Part shown: positions 22,958 through 33,259 of the stretch, piece by piece
How the letters are laid out: each line of letters starts with the position of its first letter
Numbering within the stretch: the stretch's first letter is position 1
DNA from: Chloropicon primus
Taxonomy: Eukaryota
Reading direction: 5' to 3'
NCBI GenBank assembly: GCA_023205875.1
Contig: CP060764.1
Span: 248,001-312,000 of the forward strand
DNA length: 64,000 bases
Translations under genes and position numbers: made by a program
The notes under the pieces: model-generated
What the model was told of the DNA's origin: nothing
The model's input: only the letters and a program-made list of their open reading frames with translations
Databases searched by the model: none

Positions 22958-24702
22958 TTACAACTTGTTGGTGACGGACATCTCCGTCAGGCTCTCGTAG
23001 TCACGCTTGGCAGCGGCGTTCCTCTTCTTGTACAACACAGTGATGGCGATGCTGTAGCACAACAGGGCCACGAGAATGAAGAAGGGAATGAAACTAATTT
23101 GGACGTCGAAGAAGTTGTTGACAAAGGTGGTGGATTCCTTGACGGTCTCCTTGTCATCCCTCTTCGCCTCCCAGGCAACCTCGTTGACAATGTAGGTGGT
23201 GTCCCTGGTCACCTTGTCGCCGTCGTTGTTTCTGTGCCACTTCCAGAAGGCGTGGGTCGAGTTCATGATGTGCAGCACGCCGTGGCCGTAGGACCCCTCC
23301 CTGAAGGCGCTCCAGATCGGTCCAGCCCTGCCATTCTCGCCGGGGAGCCAGTTGTTGTAAAGGCCCTCCCTGTTCCCTCCGTCTCCGATGTTGACGTAAG
23401 TGATTCCACGGTGGTAGTCCACCGTGGAGTTGTCGCACGTCGGGAAAACCCTCTCGTAACTGTGGACGTGCCCGGCGAACATCATGTTCACCCTGTGCTG
23501 GCAAAGCAGGGGCTGCCACTCCCTCCTGATGGCGTAGCTTTGGAACTCCCCCTGGTGAGCAACGTTCGAGTTGTACCAAGGAGCGTGCAAGTTCACGATC
23601 ACCCACGGAGTCTTCGTCCTGTCCAGGGACGACAAGTCCCTGTCCAGCCACATGTACTGGGGCGACCCAGCCTCGTACTTGTGGTAGCTGCTGACGTGTA
23701 TGATGTGGGCGCTTCCGATGTTGTACGAGTACCACATGTTGGCCTTCCAGCCCTTGTTGTCAAAGCCCCCGCAGCCGTTATCGCAAGTGGGCATGTTCTG
23801 GAACCTGTGGGCGTAAGGTCTGAACGACACCCCGTCCTCCTGGTCCGTCTCAATCTCGTGGTTTCCCGGAAGGCCAAACAAAGGAATCTTGTCGAGGACG
23901 GGCTCGAAAAGCCTGCCCCAGTTGTCCCACCTCGCGTCGATGTTGTCGGCGTAACTCAGGTCGCCCATAACGACCATGGCGGCCACGTCGCCCAACTCCT
24001 GCGTGATGTGGTCCATCGTCTGCACCGAGTTCGACGTCTGCCCGATGTCACCGACCATCGCAAGCTTCATCTCCTGCTCCGGGTCTCCGCCAAACGCAGA
24101 GGCCAGCGGAGGGACCCTCAAGGACCTCGACAAGGTCACCCCTTGCTCCTGTGTCAGCACAGGCTCGTAGAACACCGTGATGTTCGTCGAGACCTCCTCG
24201 ATGAGTGCGTGGTAGAGGTAAGGAGACGTGTACGTTCCATCGTTCTGAAAAGTCGTGTGGTTGTACTGAGTCATCCTTGCCTGAGCAAACGACGCCTGGC
24301 CGACGCCTTCCTCCCTGTAATACACTCCAGCCTCCTCCGCCTTGGTGGAGGAGGCAAAGGACACTACTACCGCTCCAGGCGCAGAGGTGTGAGGTGCAAG
24401 GGTGATGTGAACCTGCTGCACTCCGCCATCGTCCTCGAACGGAAGCTCTACCACCTCAACCTCCGCGGGATCTAAAACAGAAACAAAAACATCTTGGAGT
24501 CAGAGAACCTCAAGGACGAGCCAGACTGTCGTAGGAGAGTTGACGGAGGAAAGAGAGAGAGAGAGAGAGAGAGAGGAGAGGAAGGGGGAGAGAGGTGCTC
24601 ACCTTGACCACCGGATTGCCAGTTGTTCGGCACGTACTGGCCGCAGGACGCGAGGCCCACGAGCGCAAGGCTGAACACGAACACCACAGCAGCCGACTTC
24701 AT
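22958..24702 (-). CDS. Purple acid phosphatase with signal peptide and C-terminal TM anchor
   Basis: join(24603..24702,22958..24471); GDIG, GDLSYAD, GNHE, HAPWY and GHVHSYER metal-ligand motifs. Confidence 0.93.
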
Positions 24703-24993
24703 GACGCCGCTTTTTGGTTCTTTTTCTTTCTCTTCTCTCCTTCATGGGCCAATGGCTGGAGGGAGGAGGGGGTGGTGATGGATGGTGATGGATGGGGAGG
24801 AGGAGGGGGAGGAGGGGGTGGTGATGGTATCCCCAAGGGCCTCTTCCCCTTGCTCTTGTTCTTTCCGAAGAGTCCTCACTTGAGAAGATTGAGATGGAGG
24901 GTGGGGAAGAAGGGAAAGGGGGCTTCATTATCCTGATGAAGGACAAGACGCTCTTCGCGCGTCCCCAATCTGCCAGGAGTTGTTTGATGTACA

Positions 24994-25858
24994 TTACTTT
25001 GTTACACTTTGCTGAGGAGACTTTGACAGGAACTTGACGGACGATTTGCAGTCCCACTCCTTTATGTAGACGGTGTCTTCCGAGGTGGTTGCCAAGGGCG
25101 ACAAGAAGCGCGTGTCACCCTTGACACTGCCTTTGCCTCCAGCGGACTTGCCCGTGAGGCCCATCCACGACAGGGGAGCCAGAATCACCTTCTTCGCAAC
25201 TCCCACCCCCCTGATACACCACCCGGCGACGCACGCAAGACAGCGAGAGGCAGATATGATATTGGTCAGGAATCAAGACGGTGAACGGGCCACTTGGGGG
25301 CGGGCAGACTCACTTGAAGACCAGGTGCGAGATCACCAGTTGCGAAAACAGCCCTATGAGCTCCTCGAACAGGACGTCTCCCGCGTCGCCGTTTTTCGCC
25401 TGGAGCGCACAAAGCGAGTGAGGGACAGACAGAGAGACAGAGGCCCGCAAGTCAGACAAAGAGAGGGAGGGAGAGGGAAACGGTGTCCCGGAAGGGTTCT
25501 CAGATCCTACCTGCTGGAAGATCACCGCCAGCTTTTGCTTTTCCTTTCGCTTCCACCGGTCCAACGCGGCTCGTACCCTGGCCAGGTCCCACCCCTTGTC
25601 AGGTGGCTGCTCCTAAAAGTGGAATCGAATCGAAACGAAACGAAGGAAGAAGACGAGCAATAATCCGATCGTCAGCTCTGCTTCGAAGAAAGACCAGTCC
25701 AGTCCTTGGACGGCAGCTTGCTTACCTCCAGATGCGGAAGCTTGTGAGGAGGACTCTTCTCCTCCACAGCAACGAGGGCATCCACCAAGGAGCTACACCA
25801 ATGTTGGAAAAGCAACACGAAGAAGAAGACGCTAACAGTCAGTCGATCAGAGACAGAC

Positions 25859-25907
<49 letters not shown>

Positions 25908-26095
25908 GGACTGGACAGGAAGAGCGCAACCCACCTGTTCGTCGTCGTCGTCGTTGTTGGTGGTGTTGGTGGTGTTACGACGACGCCGTGGTTTTGTTCC
26001 ACTCCATCCGGCGCGTGGCTTCCCGTGAGAAGCACGGTGACGAAGATCACGAGCGCTCGACGCGACACGCTCGACGACACGTCGGTCAACACCAT
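24994..26095 (-). CDS. Five-exon hypothetical protein with N-terminal hydrophobic segment
   Basis: join(25935..26095,25726..25792,25511..25612,25314..25399,24994..25210); all four GT-AG introns keep the frame. Confidence 0.65.
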
Positions 26096-26629
26096 CGCTC
26101 CCTTCCTCCGTCGCTCTCCTCGTCACTCGGAGCGCCGTTGTCGAGTCGAGCGTCGCGATCGCAAGCTCCGCTGTAGCTGTTGCTCAATTTGAACCGATCG
26201 ATCGCGATCATTCGAAGCTGGGAGGGCGAGAGGAGGGAGGGCAGTGACGATCGATCGATCGATCGGTACTTGCGCAGGGAAGAGGCAAGGGGAAGGAGAG
26301 AGGGTGAGCCCACGGGAAGCGTCTTGTGAAGAGCTTTCGATCGACACCTCGGTCGAGGGAAACGGCGTTGGCGTTGGTTCGTTTCCCTTCAACGTGTGTA
26401 ACGGACGAGCGAGGCTGAGGCTGGTGAGGAGTGACGTGTCACGAGAAGCGCTAGTCTGGGGCTGTCGACGAAAACGCCAGAGACACTGAGAGAGAGGTGG
26501 TTGGCTCACCTCAACCCTTCGTTCGTGTGTTCTTGACGAACTAAACTTCTTGTGCACGAGGAGGGAGGAGGTCCTTGGTTTTGTTACACAACTTGTGTAG
26601 GCTACTTACAACTTGTAGCGTGCGGGAGG

Positions 26630-28650
26630 ATGGTGGTCCTGTTGTGCGGTAGCATAGCGTGCAGGAAGTGCTTGCACAAGGAGGGGTGCAACTTCGATGC
26701 GGAGGTGGAAGCGGCGATGCGAGAGTGTACACCTCCAAAGTACGTTCTGCTAGGCTACAAGGATCGCAAACTCGAGGACGAGTATATGGTGGACTGGGCG
26801 AACATCTCCAAGCCTCGCATCTTTTTGGGGTACGCCTTTGGGTTGGTATTCGTCCTGATTGCGTTGATGGCAGATATGGCTTCCATTCCCTTCATCGAGG
26901 TGGGATTTTGGGGGTTCGGTCCGATCGATGCGATCGTAATTGTTCGATGCTTGGTGTTCCCACTGGGTGCTCTTGGAACTCTGTGGGCGTACAGGTAGGT
27001 TTTTTTTTTCCTCTCTCTCCCTGCTCGTGGACTTGGCTCGCTTGCTAACTCTCTTTCCCTTTCTCCCTTTCTCCACCCCCTACATCTTCTTCTCCAGGCG
27101 GAAGAATCCGCACGCCGTGCTATTTATTGCTCAGGCCACGTTCCTCGCGTACCTGGTGATGGTCGGACTCGATCAAGTGTATCGCTACTTTCTCATTGAG
27201 AAGGACACTGCTTGGGTCTTTCGTTTGAATTCGTGGGGCATGATCACGACGTACTGGGACATGCCGCCCTTCTTGACTCTGTTCTTCTTCAACCTCCCGG
27301 TTGGACAGACTATCGAGATTGCGGTGACGTCGATGTTGACAGCGTACATCGTTATTCCACTCATCTACGACGGTTACGCGGAATTCAACCCATCGCGCGT
27401 TCTTGGGGAGGGTGTCCCCCCCGGAATGGTGGACACGTGCAATCAATCACAAGAGTACCTCGATGCGTGCGCCGCTTACTTCACTGGCGTGTATGCCCAT
27501 TCTATAGCACTGGCCTTTGGGTGCGCCACCGCGATCGTGGTCGTCTCATGGATCGTTGACTCTTCGAACCGACGCGCATTCGTGAACAGAAAGGTACTGT
27601 CGTCTCGATCCATCTCGCGGCCGCGTGCTGCATTGTCACTGACGTCCTTCTCTCTTTTGCATTTTCTCATTCTCCTCCCAGATCATCGCAGCGCTGACGA
27701 GACAGAGGGAGTGCGCGTTGCTGAAACAGAAGGAAGAACAGGAGACTCTCATCAACAGCATCTTTCCTCCAATGGTCGCGAAGGATCTCATCGCTGAACA
27801 TGCCGACCATGATGGAGACGGGTGTTGTGATTCCAATTCGGTCATGGAAAAGATCCGGAGCATGAAAAGCGAGAGCAACACCAGAAATAATCTTGGTCGC
27901 TCCGTCGCCCGGCTGCACATGGATGTCACGATCTTATTCACGGATATCGTGGGCTTCACTAGTATGGCCAATCAGTGCCAGCCCTACGAGGTGATGTATT
28001 TCCTCCACAACCTTTTCTCGGCGTTCGACGAGCTGATCGAGATGGATTTGCACTTGTGGAAGGTCGAGACCGTTGGCGACGCCTTTATGGTCGCGAGTGG
28101 TCTGGCCAATGTCTCAGCCACAGGGACGTCAAGGGACATCGAGACAGTGGTGGAGGTAGTCACCTCCCCAGGCCATTCGCGAACTTCTACAACGGAGGTG
28201 GAGAATCCCAGTGGCTTCTCGGACAGCTCAGAGAAGCAGGTGTACCGCATCAAGACGCTTGGGGCGTCGCACTTCGAGAGCAAGAGGTGCACGGCCGCAC
28301 AAGCAAAAGAGGCGGCCGCGCGCGCTGCTGTTGTGTTTGGCAGGAATGTCATAAAGGAGGCAAAGCTTCACAGCATGCCCAACGGGAAGCCTTGTGCGAT
28401 CCGAGTCGGCGCTCACACGGGGGACGTCTGCTCCGGAGTGGTTGGCAATAGGATGCCACGCTACTGCTTGTTCGGCGACACCGTTAACACCGCCAATAGG
28501 ATGGAGAGCACGGGGCAAGCGGGGCGCATGCAGATCTCCGAGGAGACCCATGCTGTGGTTTGCAACGACCCCGACTTTGAGTGGGAATGCCGGGGTGAGA
28601 TGCAGGTCAAGGGGAAAGGGAAGATGCTGACTTACATGCTGGTGGATTGA
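26630..28650 (+). CDS. Multi-TM class III nucleotide cyclase, probably guanylyl cyclase
   Basis: join(26630..26994,27098..27593,27682..28650), start uncertain; VTILFTDIVGFT, KVETVGDAFM and MPRYCLFGDTVNTANRMES with Glu/Cys GTP-specificity residues. Confidence 0.9.
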
Positions 28651-28873
28651 AACGTTTTGCCAAACCTTGTCGACGCACCTGAGGATGAGGGGGGTTCAAT
28701 CGATCCCAACTTCCAACATCCAACTTAAATTGGCAAATTTACGTCCATTCGTATAGCTGCTATACGGTGCCAGGTAGGGGTTATCGGTGTCAAGTTAATG
28801 GTTGGCCTTGGAAGTGAATAGGCTTTGAGGAGGGCCGCAACTTGGCCGCAACTGAACTGGCTTTGCCTTTCAG

Positions 28874-29167
28874 AGGAGAGCGTGTACTGTCAGCTCGTGA
28901 CGTACATACACAGGGCCAGGGACGGGACGAATTTTGTTGGGCTGATCATGTACGCCCACACCTCGATTGTGGCGGGGGGTTGAGATTTTTTGGGACTACG
29001 GGCCTACTTATGAACCTCTGCGGCGAGAGGCCGGATACACTTTGGACAAGTACAAGAAAGTCTTCCTGCCTCGCAATCGTCGCCAACGACCCCTCGAGGT
29101 GATGCCAATGATCCCAAGCAATTGCTTTGCGCCGACTGCTACTGCAGGGTTTTTGTCATTGGGGTAA
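28874..29167 (+). pseudogene. Possible SET-domain C-terminal fragment
   Basis: Removing one G from the G6 run at 28974..28979 gives LIMYAHTSIVAGVEIFWDYGPTYEPLRREAGY; no clear start exon. Confidence 0.35.
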
Positions 29168-29322
29168 CAAAGACGGACGGCGTTCGTAGCGCCCGGTCCC
29201 GTCGTAAACACACATAAAGGCAGGGTTGGTAACCACGTGACTACTTGGTCCACGTGTCTACCAACCCTGCATAAAGGAGTATTAGTACTAATACATGTAC
29301 ACACAATGATGGACACGACCCT

Positions 29323-30764
29323 TCAGTATGTCTTTGGTTGGGCAAAGGAGTTAATCTTGTTCGCCCTGGAGTGTATCCTCATCGGGAACGCCTTGGATAT
29401 TCTTCTGAAAATCTCCAAGGCCATGTCGAAAGAATGAACGTTCACCATCCCCGCCCTGTCGTCAAAGTAGCTGACGTCACCGCCGAAGGGTTTCCCCCGA
29501 TGCAAACAGAGAGACAAGACGAGAGGAGTCAGCGAGTCAAACATAGACAGGGCGAGGAGAGCGGCGGGCCTTCCACTTACTGGTATCTGCTCTTTGCCTC
29601 GTTCGTAAAGGGGTCAAAGCCGTAGAGGTCCACTGAATCGCATACTTGGATGGCAAAGAAGAGGCTGACTATCCCAGACATCGGCTTGCTGTGGAAGGAG
29701 AACATCTCGTCCCCTGGCTTGGCGGGGCCCAGCTTCATCGATTTCCTGAACACAAACGGAGTGTAGAGCGTCCTGTCGAAGCCCACGTCCTCGCTCATCT
29801 TCAGCCTAAGCCCATGGATGTCCTCCTCGATGTCCTTTTTTATGGTGAGCCACACCATTCTGGAGACCGTCACGACGGCTGGACTCAGCAGCCAGAGCTT
29901 CTTTCCCTGCACCCCCCTGCTTTTGAGAACCTTGAGATACACCTGGTTCCGAATGACGCGGCTGTGGGCCTCCCACATGATCAGCGTACTCGGAGGCCTC
30001 CTCCACTTGTGGTCCCCTTTCGCCAGCTTGAGGCAATTCTCCTTGTTCGCAATGTCAAAGGTCGTCTTGTTCCCCACATCGTACTCAAAACGCTTTGTCG
30101 GCGCGTAATTGATTCGAATCACAGCGTCGTGCCTGTCTATGTCTTCGCCCTGGCCGGTGCCTATGTTCGTACCACTGTTTCCCACCAGCGCGCAGGTCTT
30201 GTACCTCGCCTCCGTCTTGTTGTCCCCGCCCCAATCCGACTCTGGAAGAAAGGGAAGGAAGGCCCTCTCGAGCTGGACCCGTCTGAAACCCCCGTGAGTC
30301 CTCACCTTGAGATCGACGTAGGGCTGGCCGTACTTGTTCGCTTTGAATTCCACCTCCCCACTGGAGTCGATCTTCGTGAGCTCATCCTTGTTCATGATCA
30401 CGTCAATGTCCGGCCTCAAGTACTTTCTCCAGTCCTTGGGCAAGTGATCGCCGTCCTTGGACTCAGAGGCATGACCCTTGCTCCTCCTCCCCTTCCCAGC
30501 TGCAGGTCTGGTCCCCTCCCCGCTGTCTGAACTGAACATTTCATCCACGTTCAGGCTTGGGGCCTCCTCGGCCAGGGAGGGGAGGGGCGGCGTGCCATCT
30601 TCCGGCGCGCCATCCTGCTCGTTGCGCAGCTCGACCGGAGAGGACTGCAGAGTGACTTCCGAAGGATCACCAAGCACGATCTGCACTTTCCCTAAAAGTA
30701 GGACCCTTATGCTCAGGAAAACCATCAGGAAAACGAGGAAGGACATGGTCTGCGAGCGAAACAT
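29323..30764 (-). CDS. GT29 sialyltransferase-like glycosyltransferase, type II membrane protein
   Basis: join(29581..30764,29323..29470); sialylmotif L (CALVGNSG...IDRHDAVIRINYAP...DVGNKTT), S (PMSG...CDSVDLYGF), HYF and HSFDMALE. Confidence 0.9.
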
Positions 30765-31551
30765 GGTTGGAGTGCTCCGATGACCACTAAGATCGCCCTT
30801 CTCCCTCCTCCTTCCCTCTTCCCGGAGTTCCACTCTCTGCTGAGAGAGTCACTTCAAGGCCGAGTCCTGGAAATACATACACCACACCTTTCACCTCCAC
30901 TCGTGGTGGCGCGCTTGGGTCATCTTGAGCCTCCCTCGTTCAAGTCAATTGTGAGCAAACCCCCATAGCAGTACCAGGCCCCAGCGCCTGCCGATACCGA
31001 TACCTTGGCCTCTCTGGCTCTCTCTCTCTCTAGAGCTCTAGAGAGACAGAAGACACCTTTTGCCCCCACAACAACAGCAAAACTCTATTGGGCCGCCCAA
31101 ACTAGAGTATCTTGGTTCCAATACGATTCACTGAGATCAAAGATGACAGAAAGATGAAACCTTGGAGTGTTTCCTCTTGGCTCCGTGTCCCTCCCGCTGC
31201 CTTTCCTTGCGTTGGCACAGACCTTGGCCGTCCAAAGGGGAAGCCTTCTCCTTCCTGGAGCCTCTCGTTCTAGTCCAAAATCTTGGACCCTTATCCTGGA
31301 ATCGTACAACGTCAACCACAAATTCAGGATAAGGTGTGAGACTAAACCTTGGGGTTCAAACCTCGAAGAGCTTTGACGGAGCCTGTTCGAGTTCGAGTCC
31401 ACGGAACGCGAAAGAGGTTGCCTTGGTCAGCGCCTAGAGGCTGGGAAGGTGTCTGCACCACGTGGTCAGTGTCTTTCATTCGCAAGGTCTTCGCATTGGT
31501 CTTTTTTCGTTTGAAAATTGCTTGGAAACTCGCAAAGTTTGGGGTCTAGCC

Positions 31552-32196
31552 ATGGAGGACACGAATAACGAGGAGGTAAGGGGGATTGACTTGGGTGTGA
31601 GGGGAAGGGGGAGGTCTTGGCGAAAGAAATCGTGTCCCAAGATGTGGAATGCCTTGGGTCTTTTCGTTCCGCTTCCTTTTCCTTGTGTTTGACACCACTT
31701 GCGTGTGTTTCTCTCTCTTCTTCTTCTTCTTCTTCTTCTTCTTCTTCTTGTGTGTGCAAAGATATCCTTCGTTGGGGATGAAGTTAGCAGCATCATCAAG
31801 GAGAGCATCGAAATTGTTCTGCAGAACCAGCAGTACCACCAGAAGAAGGTAAGGCCTCGAGGATGCCACTCCTGCTTCAAACTGCGGCCAAAGGACCCCT
31901 CACTGAACCTATCTGCATAACGATGTCTACCTTTTTGTGGGCTTGCCCTTTCCTTGTGCTCGCGACAGGTGAACCAGTGGAGCAGCCTGGTCGTCGAAAA
32001 CGCGATGAAGAGGCTGACCGCAATGAACACGCCGTTCAAGTACATCGCCACGTGTGTCATCATGCAGAAGAACGGCGCAGGTTTGCACACGGGTGCAAGC
32101 TGTTACTGGGACAACTCGACGGACGGCAGCAGGACTGTGAGGTGGGAGAGCAAACACCTGTACTGCATCACCACTGTATTTGGGCTGGCGCTATGA
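31552..32196 (+). CDS. TCTEX1: Dynein light chain, Tctex-1 family
   Basis: join(31552..31575,31762..31848,31969..32196), 112 aa; [32 protein letters not shown]...[14 protein letters not shown]. Confidence 0.93.
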
Positions 32197-32455
32197 GAGT
32201 AAGATGAAGCGCTCGGCGCTCGGGTCGTGAGTGTATTTTGTAATTTATAGAACTCCCTTTTTGATCCCTCAGATGCCGCCGCGGGGGGAAAGAAAGCAAG
32301 CTTTGTAGAAAGAAGAAGAAGAAGGAGCGCCTTCCTCTTGTCGCGCGCGTATCATTACCTTTTGCCAATTTATTTCGTTCTTCCCGACTGCTAAACTTCC
32401 CCGCCCGAGGGCGCGCTCCAGGTGAGAACAACTCCTGTTCTCACGAGTAGCCAGC

Positions 32456-33013
32456 CTATCGCTGCTGCTGCTGCTGCAGAACCTGCTGCTGCATCATGGC
32501 TTCCGCTCCCGCATTCAGCTCCGCGAACCGGACGCTAACCCTGGCAGAGTGCTTGAGGAACTTTTCACAGCACTTGGTCACGCACTGGAACACACACAGG
32601 GAGAGGGAAGAGGGTGTCAGCTCAAGTTCTCCTCCAAGCCCCGCTGTCGTTGCTGCTGCTGTCGTTGCTGCTGCTGCTGCTGCTGTTGGATCAAAAAAGG
32701 CGGTGGTCCGACTCTACTTACCCTCTCCTCCTCGCTGTCGAGGTTCTTCCTCCTGAAAGAGCTCACGCAGTTGTTGAAGCACTTCTCCACGAGTCTATTG
32801 TACATCCTCAAGCTTTTCGTCGAAGCAAAGGACAAAGAGCAGAAGGATCAGTCCCCTGGATTCCATCAACAGCATCACCACCTCTCGTCGTCGATGTCGA
32901 TGTCGATCCTCCCACTTTCCCACTTACCTATCCTTCATCTGCATGTTATCAATCATGGCCACCATCTTTTGCTTGTCCTCCTCCGGGAGACCTTCCAAGT
33001 CAGCGGGATTCAT
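32456..33013 (-). CDS. TIM9: Mitochondrial small Tim chaperone TIM9
   Basis: join(32928..33013,32722..32812,32456..32584); MKDSLRMYNRLVEKCFNNC...EERCVTKCCEKFLKHSARVSVRFAE twin CX3C. Confidence 0.93.
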
Positions 33014-33259
33014 CCTTGTATCGAAGAAAGTGTTTCTCTCGGTCCTCGTTCCTCGTTCCACACGCACTTCGCTCCTCGCCCCCCGACCGTGAGTCTTGCT
33101 TCCTCTTCCTCTCTTGCCTTGTCTGCTCCTCGACGCCGTCGCCGTCAGAATTGAAGCCGTGAGCGGCGCGTGATGTAGCAGATCATGGAGATGCGATGAG
33201 GATGAAGATGATCGTGATCACGGGATGAAGATGATCGTGATCACGGATAGCGAGAGGGG

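Noticed and set aside
31025..31046. 22-bp perfect palindrome TCTCTCTAGAGCTCTAGAGAGA
   Set aside because: Explained by adjoining CT and GA microsatellites; no TIR/TSD or transposase evidence
31350..31402. tRNA-like GTTCAAA/GTTCGAGTCC boxes
   Set aside because: No T-stem pairing or cloverleaf could be built
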